From Nitrospinota bacterium (GTDB taxonomy: Bacteria; JADFOP01): a DNA stretch of 64,000 bases. The stretch is from contig JADFOP010000003.1 in assembly GCA_022562795.1 (NCBI GenBank), forward strand, positions 25,197 to 89,196, given 5' to 3'. Under the pieces are notes generated by a model, which did not search any database, had not been told where the DNA came from, and worked only from the letters and a program-made list of their open reading frames with translations. Both the position numbers and the translations under genes were made by a program. This document shows, in pieces, positions 31,859-41,462 of this stretch (positions are counted from its first letter, which is position 1; each line of letters opens with the position of its first letter).

Positions 31859-32215
31859 ATGCGCATCGGCGCACTGGTCGAGTACACCGTCTACGGGGTC
31901 TTGTGGCTTCTTTGGAAGGGAGGCACGTGGCTCGGCCTGACCGACGACGGCTTGGCCTTTGGCCCCGGCACCCCCATGGTGATGCCCGATGAGTTCGCCC
32001 CGGTCGTGCCAGCGCCGCCGCCAGAGGCAACTCGGGCAGTGGCCGGCGAACCCGATGCCCGGCCCCTCGGCTTGGTGGGCCACCGCCGCTCCAGGACACT
32101 CCATCGCTCAACCTGCCGCCACGCCCCCCCACCGGAGCTTGCCCAGCCCTTCGCAGAGAGGTCCTCGGCCGAGGCCGCCGGATTCCGCCATTGTAAGGTC
32201 TGCACCCCCGATTGA
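31859..32215 (+). CDS. small protein with Ada-like Zn-binding C-terminal domain
   Basis: AAGGGAGG RBS. Hydrophobic N-terminus. C-terminus HRSTCRHAPP...AAGFRHCKVC resembles the Ada N-terminal Zn-binding module (CRPSC...AAGFRPCKRC). Confidence 0.45.
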   Translation: MRIGALVEYTVYGVLWLLWKGGTWLGLTDDGLAFGPGTPMVMPDEFAPVVPAPPPEATRAVAGEPDARPLGLVGHRRSRTLHRSTCRHAPPPELAQPFAERSSAEAAGFRHCKVCTPD

Positions 32216-32222
32216 AGGCCCC

Positions 32223-34262
32223 TTGCTCCTTCAGCGTATTGCCACCCCCGTCCTGGCTCTCCTCCTCTTGGTTACCCCGGCCTGGGGATCGGAGAAGCCC
32301 GAGCGCATCTACATATTCGCCTTAAAAGCTTACCAAGACGGACTTTATGAGGTCTCCGCCGATGCATTCCGCGAGTATCTGGCCTCGCCGGGACCGGGGA
32401 AGCAGCAAGCCGAGGCAGGCCTATTTCTCGGCCAAGCACTATTGGCCTTGGGGCGTGATGAAGAGGGCCTCGCCGCCCTCGAGGTCGCCGCCAAGACCGA
32501 CTCTAAAGCCAGCGTCGCTCCTCTGGCGCGTATGATTAGAGCCCAACGCTACCTCGACCTGGTCCGATATGGAGAGGCGGAGGCCGAATCTGGACGGTGG
32601 CTGCGCTACTTTCCCCGCCATCCTCTCCGATGGGAGGTCCGGCTCCTCAGGGGCCGAGCCCTGTCGGGGCTGAAGCGCTGGGACGAGGCGGCAGCCCTCT
32701 TCAAGGAGGTGGCCGAAGCTGAGAAAACGCCCGGTGATCTCCCGGTGGAGGCCTTATCCAGGCTCGCCGCCATTTGGACCCATCAGGGAAAGCCTGAGGA
32801 GGCGGCCGCAGCATGGGCGGCGCTCGTCGAGCGCGCCCCCGCAGACCCCCGGGCGGCCAAGGCCCTCCTCCACCTCGCGGCCCGAACGGAGCAGGCGGGC
32901 CGATTTGACGAGGCGCTGGCCCACGTCGAGGCCCTTACCGCGACTTTTCCCGAAGCTCCCGAGGCAGGTCTGGCAAAGCTCATTCGCGCCGATAGCCTCT
33001 TCGGTCTGGGGCGATGGTCGGAGGCCGCGGACGAATACCGCGAGGCGGCTCAAGGTGAGGGCGCGGTGGCCTTCAGCCCCTCCAAATGGGAGCGGGCCGG
33101 GCTTGCCGCCTACCGGGCCGAGCGCTTTCAGGAGGCGGCGGACGCCCTGGCCAGAGCCGGCGATGGCCCCGATGGGTCTAATCTCGCTCTTCGGATCCGG
33201 TCGCTTCGTAAGGTCGGAAAGCCTGTCGAGACTTTTAAGGCGTCTACCAAGCTACTGGCCTCATATCCGCGCAGTCCGTGGGCCGCAGAGGCTCTTTGGC
33301 CGACAATCACGCTTGCCCGAACGACCGGGCGTTGGGAAGAGGTCCGAAAGGCTGTTTCAGACTATGTGAGCGGGGCCCCGGCTGCTAAGGAGATGGAGGC
33401 CCGATACGGGCTGGCCCACGTGGAGCTTTACGGCGGCCGACCGGGTGAGGCCGCGCGGCTCTTCGGGGCATTGGCGGAGGCCGAAGGCGGGCTGGACCGA
33501 TTTAGAGATGTACGGTATAAACGGGCCGTGGCGCTCGTCGCCGCAGGCCGTCACATAACGGCCGTGGAGCTCGTAGAGGACTTGAGCGAGCAGGAGCGCG
33601 CCGCTGCAGGGTCAGAGTCGATCCTAGCATTGGAGGCCCATATACAGCGGGCTCAAGGGCACTACAGTGCAGCCGCCGACCGCTACCAATCCCTCTTGGC
33701 CCAGTGGCCCGAGGCGGGGGCGGCGGGTCGATGGCTGTTGGCTCTTGCCGAGATGGAGCAGGCCCGGGGGCGCTCGAGCGAGGCGCTCGAGGCATACGAG
33801 AAGTGGCTTGAGAGCCGCGCTGGAGACCCTGAGGCCCCTACAGTGCAGCTCGCAACTGCCCGGCTCATGGTCGCCGTAGGCCGACGCGACGATGCATGGG
33901 CGAGCCTCGAGGCGCTAGGCGCCGGCGATGATCCTGAGCTTGCCGCCCAAGCCTTCCTCCTGCAGGGGCGCATCGCCTTCGAGGAGCACGACTACGAAGC
34001 GGCGCTCAAGGCGGCCGCCAAGGCGCTGGAGGGTCTTTCGGCCGAGAGTCCAGCCCACGCCCTCGCACGCTGGCGGATGGCCCGAACCCTTGAGGAGGCC
34101 GGACGGCCTTCCGATGCGGCAACCCACTATCGGTGGCTGGCCGAGCATGTCGAGGATGATGAGGTGCGAGAAGCGTCCGAAGAGGGCCTCACACGCGTAA
34201 CCGAAGTTCGCAGAAACGCGGAAAAAGCCAAAATTAAGAAAAAGGTGGAAAAGGTTCCATGA
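32223..34262 (+). CDS. large secreted TPR-repeat protein (TTG start proposed)
   Basis: Signal-peptide-like LLLQRIATPVLALLLLVTPAWG, followed by >15 TPR-like repeats. The ORF-track 5' extension overlaps the upstream gene in another frame and is Pro/Arg-rich junk. Confidence 0.65.
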   Translation: MLLQRIATPVLALLLLVTPAWGSEKPERIYIFALKAYQDGLYEVSADAFREYLASPGPGKQQAEAGLFLGQALLALGRDEEGLAALEVAAKTDSKASVAPLARMIRAQRYLDLVRYGEAEAESGRWLRYFPRHPLRWEVRLLRGRALSGLKRWDEAAALFKEVAEAEKTPGDLPVEALSRLAAIWTHQGKPEEAAAAWAALVERAPADPRAAKALLHLAARTEQAGRFDEALAHVEALTATFPEAPEAGLAKLIRADSLFGLGRWSEAADEYREAAQGEGAVAFSPSKWERAGLAAYRAERFQEAADALARAGDGPDGSNLALRIRSLRKVGKPVETFKASTKLLASYPRSPWAAEALWPTITLARTTGRWEEVRKAVSDYVSGAPAAKEMEARYGLAHVELYGGRPGEAARLFGALAEAEGGLDRFRDVRYKRAVALVAAGRHITAVELVEDLSEQERAAAGSESILALEAHIQRAQGHYSAAADRYQSLLAQWPEAGAAGRWLLALAEMEQARGRSSEALEAYEKWLESRAGDPEAPTVQLATARLMVAVGRRDDAWASLEALGAGDDPELAAQAFLLQGRIAFEEHDYEAALKAAAKALEGLSAESPAHALARWRMARTLEEAGRPSDAATHYRWLAEHVEDDEVREASEEGLTRVTEVRRNAEKAKIKKKVEKVP

Positions 34263-37200
34263 TGCGGTTCTGGAGAGCCGTTGCCCTAGGGGCGTTGGTC
34301 GCGCCCCTTTCGGTGGCCTGGACGGCCCCCGAGGGACGTCCTCCCATCCGTCTGCCGGAGGTCGTCATCGTCGGCCTGCCTGTTGCCGAGCCGACCGAGG
34401 CCAAAGAGCCGATTGGGTTTCCGACGACAGGGCCCGAAAGAGAGATGCCACGCGAGGTTAAAGAGCCGGTCGATGTAGCTTCCCTCCAGGAGGCGGGCCG
34501 TACGCTACCGGTCTCCCCGGCCCCGGGATGCGCCTACAGAAGCAGTGTGACCACGGCGGTGGCAAAGGTCTTCCTGAAAGACGAAGCCCAGTACAAGCTC
34601 GGCCTCTACCGCATCCAGCATGGCCAGCCCGCCGAGGCTATCGGGGCCTTTGAAAGCCTCCTCGCCAACTACCCGGCGAGCCTGTGGCGGACGGGTGCCC
34701 GATATTGGATCGGTGAGGCCCGCCTCGCACTGGGAGATGCGGATCGGGCCATGGCTTCCTTCGAGGCGGCCGAAGCCGAGCCACCACGTCAGCGTTTGGC
34801 CGATTACGCCATTTACGCCAGCGCATGGCTCCACGTTAGGCGTGGGGAGCACGCGCTTGCGCTGGAGAAGCTCGACCGCCTCTCCGCTCAGTACCGGACA
34901 AGCCCTGTGATGCCGGCGGCCCTTGAGCTCAGGAGCATCGCTCACGCGAATCTCGGCGAGTTTGACCTCGCATCGAAGGCCTCTCGTCATATTGCCCAAA
35001 TTTATCCCGGAAACCGCCGGGCTGCTGTAGCCCGCTTCTGGCAGGCTGAGAGCGCCTACCGGGCGGGCGCATTCGAGGAGGCCTGGGAGGCATACCAGGC
35101 CTTCCTCGCGCGCCATCCGGGACACCCGCGCTCTGCCGAGGCCCTATACGGACTCGCCTGGACGGGCTTGGCGCTGGGAGACGGCCATCGAGCCCTTGAT
35201 GCCTTTATGCGCTTTGAGGAGAGATACCCAGGGCATCGGCTTCTGCCATCGGTCCGATACGGGCTGGTCCGCTCCGCTCTGGCCTCGGGCCGGCCTGATT
35301 TAGCCCGCTCGCGCCTTGCGTTGATTAAAAAAACGGCGCCCGGCCATTGGGCCACTGCGGCCCTGGCTGCCTTAGCGGACGCGGACTTCAACTCCGGGAG
35401 GCACGAAGAAGCCCTAGCGGCCTACAGAGCAATTGCGGCCGCGGGCTCAGGCGGGCCCTACGAGCTCGTGGGGCTTCTCAGGGGCGCCGAGAGCGCCCTG
35501 GCCCTGGAGCGATACGACGAGGCCCTATCCATCTACGACACCGCGCTGCTGAGGCCCCTGGATGAGGAGGTCTACATGACGCTCCTTGTAAAACGCGGCG
35601 TGGCCCTTTACGAGAGCGCCCGCTATCGGGAGGCGGCCGTCACTTTCGGCGAGGCGGCGGATCTCGACCGTGAATCACCCGCAGGGGGGGAGGCCCGCTG
35701 GCTGCAGGCCGAAAGCCTCTACCAGGCCCGCGAGCTCGGACAGGCCAGGGCGATCTTCCGGGCTCTCGAGCCCGACGGGCCTCGCGGCGCCGAAGCCCTC
35801 TTCGGCCTGGCGTGGGTTGAGGCCGACATGGGCCATCTTAATGAGGCTCGGGCCTTGCTCGACCGTGTTGCCCTGGGGCGGCCAGACCATCCACTCGCAC
35901 CAGCGGCTCGTCTCAAGGCCGCTTCACTGGTGGCTGATGCCAAGGGCTACGTCGAGGCGGCTGAGCGGCTTAAGGCCCTGCTCGTCGCCTACCCCGAAAG
36001 CGACGAGGCCCCTCGGGCCGCATGGAGGATTGGGCTCATGCTCGCCCGGGCAGGGGAGTTTCGAAAAGCCGCAAACGCCCACGCCGCTTTCCTCGGTCGC
36101 TACCCGGACCACGACTTGGCCGACGACGCCCAGTTCGAGCTCGCCATGAATCTCTACCGAACGGACGCCTTCGGGCGGGCCCGGGTGGCTCTGAAGCGAC
36201 TCATCGGCGACTACCGCACCTCGCCCCACTTGCCCAAGGCCTTCCTCACGCTAGGGGATACCTACTACAACGAGAGTGACTACGCGTCGGCCGAGGACGC
36301 CTATCGCCAGGTGGTGAAGCTTTATCCCACCGATGCGGCGGCCGTGGAGGCGGACTACGGCATCGTGCTGACCCATCTGAGACGGGATGCCTGGGAGGAA
36401 TTCCTCACCGGGGCCGAACGATTTCTGGCCGCTCACCCCGACCATCCTCTCTCTGTGACATTGGCTTTTCAGGTGGGAGACAGCGCTGCCAGCCGCAATG
36501 AACGGGCCCAAGCCATAGGCGCCTTCGAGCGGGCGGTGAGACTGTTCCCGAAAAGCGAATTGGCCGACGATGCCCTCTTTCGCATTGGCGAGCTCACCAG
36601 GGCCGAGGGCCGAGAGAGCGAGGCCGCCGAGGTATTCGGGCGGCTGCTGTCCGAGTACCCAAAAAGCAACTTGGCCGTGGACGCCCACTTTGCCCTGGCC
36701 GAGCTCTATGAGGGGCAGCGGCGGTGGGAGGAGGCGCTGACCCACGCCCGGGGGGTTATCGCCGCTGGGGCGGGTTCAGGCAGGCTCCAGGCGGCCGCTA
36801 TCATCCAAGGACGCTCATTGGTCCACAGTAGAAAGCCCTCGGCGGCCGCGGAGGCTTTTCAGATGGCCGTCAACGCCGGGCCTGAACAACCCATAGGCCG
36901 CAGGGCGGCCCTCGAACTCGGCGACTTGCAGGTAGGCCGCAAACGCTATAGCAAGGCCCTGATCGCCTACCAGGTTGCGGCCCAGGCGGACGAGCCCTCC
37001 GTGGCCGTGCAGGGAAATTACGGAACGGCCCGCATGCTAGAAGCCACGGGCGATAGGCAAGCCGCCGTGGCGGCTTACCTTAAGGTCTTCTACCTCTACC
37101 CCAAGTTTCGAAGCTTAGGGGCTAAATCGATGCTTTCCGCCGCAGACGGGTATGCGGCCCTCGGACGTCAAGACCTCGCCCTGTCCTTGTACAAGAAGCT

Positions 37201-37288
37201 TCTCGCCGAGTACCCTAAAGAGCCGGCGGCCCAAGAGGCCAGAACAAGCCTGAAGGCGGCAGGCGAAGCCGTGGGAGAGGAGAGATAA
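34259..37288 (+). CDS. giant secreted TPR-repeat protein (1009 aa)
   Basis: Signal peptide MMRFWRAVALGALVAPLSVAWTA, followed by continuous TPR/YbgF-like repeats. ATGA overlap with the upstream TPR gene. Confidence 0.75.
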   Translation: MMRFWRAVALGALVAPLSVAWTAPEGRPPIRLPEVVIVGLPVAEPTEAKEPIGFPTTGPEREMPREVKEPVDVASLQEAGRTLPVSPAPGCAYRSSVTTAVAKVFLKDEAQYKLGLYRIQHGQPAEAIGAFESLLANYPASLWRTGARYWIGEARLALGDADRAMASFEAAEAEPPRQRLADYAIYASAWLHVRRGEHALALEKLDRLSAQYRTSPVMPAALELRSIAHANLGEFDLASKASRHIAQIYPGNRRAAVARFWQAESAYRAGAFEEAWEAYQAFLARHPGHPRSAEALYGLAWTGLALGDGHRALDAFMRFEERYPGHRLLPSVRYGLVRSALASGRPDLARSRLALIKKTAPGHWATAALAALADADFNSGRHEEALAAYRAIAAAGSGGPYELVGLLRGAESALALERYDEALSIYDTALLRPLDEEVYMTLLVKRGVALYESARYREAAVTFGEAADLDRESPAGGEARWLQAESLYQARELGQARAIFRALEPDGPRGAEALFGLAWVEADMGHLNEARALLDRVALGRPDHPLAPAARLKAASLVADAKGYVEAAERLKALLVAYPESDEAPRAAWRIGLMLARAGEFRKAANAHAAFLGRYPDHDLADDAQFELAMNLYRTDAFGRARVALKRLIGDYRTSPHLPKAFLTLGDTYYNESDYASAEDAYRQVVKLYPTDAAAVEADYGIVLTHLRRDAWEEFLTGAERFLAAHPDHPLSVTLAFQVGDSAASRNERAQAIGAFERAVRLFPKSELADDALFRIGELTRAEGRESEAAEVFGRLLSEYPKSNLAVDAHFALAELYEGQRRWEEALTHARGVIAAGAGSGRLQAAAIIQGRSLVHSRKPSAAAEAFQMAVNAGPEQPIGRRAALELGDLQVGRKRYSKALIAYQVAAQADEPSVAVQGNYGTARMLEATGDRQAAVAAYLKVFYLYPKFRSLGAKSMLSAADGYAALGRQDLALSLYKKLLAEYPKEPAAQEARTSLKAAGEAVGEER

Positions 37289-37292
37289 GCTA

Positions 37293-37934
37293 ATGGTGGA
37301 GGCGTTGCGTACCGTGGTCGGATACTTCCCCTTGGGCACGACCCTCGTAAAAGGGGGCATCCTCATGGTGCCAATCGGGATATGCTCGCTCCTTGCGGTG
37401 GCCATCGTCCTGGAGCGCTTCTTCATGCTTCGCCAACCCAGGGTTATCTCGCCCGAGGTCCTTCGCCGGGTTGAAAGCCATCTTCGAGAGGGTGAGACGG
37501 ACGAGGCGCTCTCCCTTTGCCGCCACCGACCGTCCGCCATTACCCGGGTCCTCCACGTCGGGATCGCCAACCACCAAAGGCCCAAAGGCGAAATCAAGGA
37601 GATTATCGAGGACGCAGGGCGCCACGAGGTTCCCAGCCTCGAGCGATACCTGGGGGTCCTGGGGACCATCGCGTCAATCTCGCCGCTCCTTGGGCTGCTG
37701 GGGACGGTGACCGGAATGATTAAGGTCTTCAATGTCATCGCAGTCAGGGGTGTCGGCCACCCGGGAGCCCTGGCCGGTGGGATCAGCGAGGCTCTAATCA
37801 CTACCGCCGCAGGCCTGTCCGTCGCCATACCATCGTTGGTCTTTTACAACTATTTCGTTACCAAAGCCGACGGGCTCGTTATCGAGATGGAGAAGGCCTC
37901 GTTGCGTATGCTCGACATACTGAAGAGCGACTGA
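37293..37934 (+). CDS. exbB: MotA/TolQ/ExbB proton-channel protein
   Basis: Three TM segments. ExbB/TolQ family pattern ISPLLGLLGTVTGMIKVF. Confidence 0.85.
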   Translation: MVEALRTVVGYFPLGTTLVKGGILMVPIGICSLLAVAIVLERFFMLRQPRVISPEVLRRVESHLREGETDEALSLCRHRPSAITRVLHVGIANHQRPKGEIKEIIEDAGRHEVPSLERYLGVLGTIASISPLLGLLGTVTGMIKVFNVIAVRGVGHPGALAGGISEALITTAAGLSVAIPSLVFYNYFVTKADGLVIEMEKASLRMLDILKSD

Positions 37935-37944
37935 GGGGGGACCG

Positions 37945-38358
37945 GTGGAGTTTGCCAGCAGACGTCGCGTAAACGCGAGCCTCAACATCACGCCGCTAAT
38001 CGACGTGGTCCTGCTCCTTCTAATCTTCTTCATGATATCGACGACATTCGTCGTCCAGCCTGGCATCCCCATCCAGTTACCGGAGGCCGTCTCGGCTTCC
38101 GGCCAGATACAGCGCGAATGGGTGGTGGCGGTCACCGCCCAGGACGAAATCTACCTGAACGAAGTCCGGGTGACCCTGAAAACCCTCCAGCGTCAGCTTG
38201 AGGCGGCGGTCGGAAGGGGCGAGATCGAAGTCCTGATAATCAAGGGTGACGAGGTGGCTCGTCACGGTCGAATCGTGAAAGTGATGGACGCCGCCAAGCT
38301 GGCCGGCGTCAAGCGTCTGGCCATCGCCACGGCGCACAAATCGACCGGTCGGCCATAA
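37945..38358 (+). CDS. exbD: ExbD/TolR biopolymer transport protein
   Basis: NITPLIDVVLLLLIFFMISTTF single TM with the essential Asp. Confidence 0.85.
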   Translation: MEFASRRRVNASLNITPLIDVVLLLLIFFMISTTFVVQPGIPIQLPEAVSASGQIQREWVVAVTAQDEIYLNEVRVTLKTLQRQLEAAVGRGEIEVLIIKGDEVARHGRIVKVMDAAKLAGVKRLAIATAHKSTGRP

Positions 38359-38365
38359 AATCCCC

Positions 38366-39268
38366 ATGTCCAACGCTATTGAGATCGAGAGCTTCCTGGA
38401 CCCCCCGGCGACCCGCGGGCCCCTGGCGGCAGCTCTCGCGTGGTCGGTCGTCCTCCACGGCCTGCTCGTCTACCTCTCACCTCCTCTAGGCCAGGCGCAT
38501 ATCCCCAACAAAGTCGTCTACACGGAAGTTGAGCTCCTCCGGATGCCAGAGGCGCCTCCAATCGTGCGCCGTGCCCCTCCCCCTGCGCCGGCGACCACGC
38601 CTGCCGTCCAGCAGAAGGTCTGGAAGTCCGTCGAGGGCGAAGCCGCCGCCGTCCTGGAGCGCCGGGCGCTGGAGGCGCTGCGCCGGGCCCGGACAGAGAG
38701 CCTGGGAAGTACCCTGGCCTACCCGGGTCTAGACCTTACGTTGCCTAAGACGCCCGCCGAGGAGCCCGCTAAGCGGGGTGAGGAGCCCGAGGCCATGTTG
38801 CTCCAGGAGTCCCTCGCCCGGGCCGGCCGGGCTGTGGCAATGCCGGGGGTCCCCACGGGTGAAGAGCTCCGCGCAGAGCCGGGAATTCCGGGCGAGCGGA
38901 AGCCCTTTGCCTTAGCTAGCGAGACCGCCCGGCGTCTGGCCCGCAACCTAATGGAGGCGGAGCTAGCCAGGAAGCCCTCGCCTGCGCCGCCACCCACATC
39001 AACGGGGATCGCGGGCCCGGCGGCCAGCAGGCAAGTTCTCTACCGTCCACCCCTGCCGAAAGTTACCGTGGAGCGCGAGACGGCCGTTCTCCTCAAGTTC
39101 TGGGTACGACCAGATGGAACGGTGGGCCGGGTCGTGCCGCTGCGCAAGGGCGATCCCAGGCTGGAGGCTGTGGCGGTTCGCTTCCTCAAGGGATGGCGAT
39201 TCGATCCGCTGACGGAGAAGACGCCAGAGCAGTGGGGCACGATCCCTATCGTCTTTCGAAGGCCGTAA
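38366..39268 (+). CDS. TonB/TolA-like energy transducer
   Basis: N-terminal TM anchor, Pro/Ala-rich spacer, then C-terminal TonB_C-like KVTVERETAVLLKFWVRPDGTVGRVVPLRKGDPRLEAVAVRFLKGWRFDP. Confidence 0.7.
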   Translation: MSNAIEIESFLDPPATRGPLAAALAWSVVLHGLLVYLSPPLGQAHIPNKVVYTEVELLRMPEAPPIVRRAPPPAPATTPAVQQKVWKSVEGEAAAVLERRALEALRRARTESLGSTLAYPGLDLTLPKTPAEEPAKRGEEPEAMLLQESLARAGRAVAMPGVPTGEELRAEPGIPGERKPFALASETARRLARNLMEAELARKPSPAPPPTSTGIAGPAASRQVLYRPPLPKVTVERETAVLLKFWVRPDGTVGRVVPLRKGDPRLEAVAVRFLKGWRFDPLTEKTPEQWGTIPIVFRRP

Positions 39269-39369
39269 GGGGAGCTCTAAGACGGGACCCCCTTTCCCTA
39301 TTTACACTCCCGGGGCCCTTTCGTAGACTAAGGCATCATCATCGCGCCTCAGCGCCGGGGCTTGCAAAC

Positions 39370-40968
39370 ATGAGCCGACAACTCCTTCGGATTCTCACAT
39401 CCTGCGCCCTTCTGCTTGTGGCCTCGGGCGCTTCTGTTTCCTTGAGCGCCGAGACCAAAGAGATTTTGGCCATTCCTGTGGACCCATTCGGCGTACCAGG
39501 CTTCATCAGATTGCTCCACGACCCCGTGGCTGACGAGATAATTCTTGCAGTCACCCCTCAGGACCTGCGCTCCACCGCGTATGACCGCTTCTTCGCCACC
39601 TGGGAGGTGTCGACACCCGAGGGGGTCCAGACCCAGCCTTCACCACCGGCGAGCCTCTCGACCTTTGGACCCTGGTCAGAGACCGTACGCCACCCGGTTA
39701 GTGGCCGTTACAGAGCTGATCTCGTCTTGGAGCGGCCCCGGCCCGACGGCCGCCTGGAAGCCTCACGGCGCCTCTCCATCAATTTCGTCTTCGACGCCGA
39801 ATCCTCTACCGCTGAACTTGACGCCAAAGCACCCCCGCGTGCCATGCCCCGGGCTGGTCGGGCGGGGAGCCTCGCCTCGCTCCGCCGGGCTGGGGCTCTA
39901 GAGATAGTTCGGGTTAAGGCCGTGGGAGCTTCCGCAGTCCATCCTGCAGCAGGTCTTTTTCGGCCCGAGGAGCGGGCTGTCACCATCAACTACGCCTGGC
40001 GAGGCGCCAGGCCGGGCACCCCGCTGGTCGCCACGTGGTATTACCTGGAGGGGATGGAGCGGCTTCAATGGTTGACCCAAAGGGAAATCCTTCAGGCTAT
40101 CGAGGGCAAAGGCCGGTTTACCTTCGTTATCGACGAGGAAGAACAGTGGTTTACGGGTGATTACGTGGTGGAGATAACAGCCGCCGGCCAATTGCTCCGG
40201 GAGGTCTTTTTCGCCGTGCGTCCGTGGGAGAAGCTCGACGCCGGCCGATCGCTCGTGGTCGTGGCGATGAGCGTCACCGCATCAGGGGCTGTCCCCCAAC
40301 CGGTGGGCCCGGGGGCAGTAGTGTCACCAGACGCCCAGCAGGTAGACCTGCGGGTAGCCTACAGGGGCGGAACGCCGGGTCAGCGCCTCACCTCCAGTTG
40401 GCATTTCGTCGAAGGGGCCCTTCGCCGTCCGTTCAGCAAGTCAACAGTCGAAATCCTAAGGCCCGATTACGAGGCAGCGTTCTCGTTTACCTTGCGACCT
40501 GGAGAGAAGTGGCTACCGGGAACCTACGAGGTGGACATTTTCTCTGGGACCGATTTGGTGGCCACAGCGACCTACCGGGTCAGTGCACCGGCAGATAGGG
40601 CCGCATGGCCAGCTGCAGAGCCCGCCCGCGTGGCGCTTCGGCCCGACCTGGTCCCCGCCGGTGAGGAGTGCATCGTCGAGGGACGGGGCTTTTCCGCCAA
40701 CGGCCGTATCTCCCTGGAAGGCATTGTGTTGATCGACGCCTCGGGCCGGACCGAGCGCTTTCAGGGGGCGCCCCTGAGGCTCTCGCCTCAGGGGACCTTC
40801 GCCTTCCGCTTCCGGATACCCCCGAACACTGCTCCGGGAGTTGCCTCTATATCCGTGACCGATCAGGCTCACCGCACGGCCACTGTGAGCTTTCAGGTGG
40901 CGCGGCCTCAGACGGTCAAGGAGCAGATTAAAGAGATCGAGCGCCAGTGGAAAGGTATTTTCCGTTGA
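39370..40968 (+). CDS. secreted protein with internal ~100-aa repeats
   Basis: Signal peptide MSRQLLRILTSCALLLVASGASVS. Two repeat copies visible (TINYAWRGARPGTPLVATWYYLEG / LRVAYRGGTPGQRLTSSWHFVEG). C-terminal Ig/IPT-like beta-rich segment. Confidence 0.5.
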   Translation: MSRQLLRILTSCALLLVASGASVSLSAETKEILAIPVDPFGVPGFIRLLHDPVADEIILAVTPQDLRSTAYDRFFATWEVSTPEGVQTQPSPPASLSTFGPWSETVRHPVSGRYRADLVLERPRPDGRLEASRRLSINFVFDAESSTAELDAKAPPRAMPRAGRAGSLASLRRAGALEIVRVKAVGASAVHPAAGLFRPEERAVTINYAWRGARPGTPLVATWYYLEGMERLQWLTQREILQAIEGKGRFTFVIDEEEQWFTGDYVVEITAAGQLLREVFFAVRPWEKLDAGRSLVVVAMSVTASGAVPQPVGPGAVVSPDAQQVDLRVAYRGGTPGQRLTSSWHFVEGALRRPFSKSTVEILRPDYEAAFSFTLRPGEKWLPGTYEVDIFSGTDLVATATYRVSAPADRAAWPAAEPARVALRPDLVPAGEECIVEGRGFSANGRISLEGIVLIDASGRTERFQGAPLRLSPQGTFAFRFRIPPNTAPGVASISVTDQAHRTATVSFQVARPQTVKEQIKEIERQWKGIFR

Positions 40969-41050
40969 GTTGCCCGGAGAGGGGCGCCTCGTCTGCGACG
41001 CCTGTAGGTAGGCCCAAGTCACGCCGACCCGGCTCTGAGGGGAGACGGTG

Positions 41051-41365
41051 ATGTACAAACTCAACTGGAAGGGCCTGGGAGATGCCCTCTACTCTCAGGA
41101 CGGCATGGTGACAGCGGTCAAGGGAGCGATTATTCTGGCTCTTTGGGGGGCCGCGCGGGTCCTCCACCATTACTACGGCCTAAAGCCTCCAGAGGGAATG
41201 GGCATCGTGGAGGCTGTAAAACGCGGAAAGATGCGCCCGACCAAGCGGTTCTTGGCCTTGCCGCATCCCAGGCGCCGCGTCGTGCGGAACGCCGAAAACA
41301 CCCTTTATACGGTGCTGACCATCCTGGGTATCCTCTTCGTCCTGACCTATTTTCAGATTCTCTAG
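41051..41365 (+). CDS. small two-TM membrane protein
   Basis: GGAG RBS. Two hydrophobic helices. No family assignment. Confidence 0.35.
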   Translation: MYKLNWKGLGDALYSQDGMVTAVKGAIILALWGAARVLHHYYGLKPPEGMGIVEAVKRGKMRPTKRFLALPHPRRRVVRNAENTLYTVLTILGILFVLTYFQIL

Positions 41366-41462
41366 GTGGGGTGAAGGGTCTCAAATCGGGGAGGACCGAT
41401 TTCTTGTTGCCCCTCCTTCCTGGCCTCGTGATAGGCTGTCTTGTAAATGTCTCCAATAGGGG

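Noticed and set aside
31989-32222. Upstream extension of the first TPR ORF (MSSPRSCQRRRQRQ...)
   Set aside because: It overlaps the Ada-like gene in another frame. The signal peptide begins at the TTG at 32223, right after that gene's stop.
39193-39369. Upstream extension of the secreted repeat-protein ORF
   Set aside because: It overlaps the tonB-like stop region. The signal peptide begins at the internal ATG 39370, which is the natural start.
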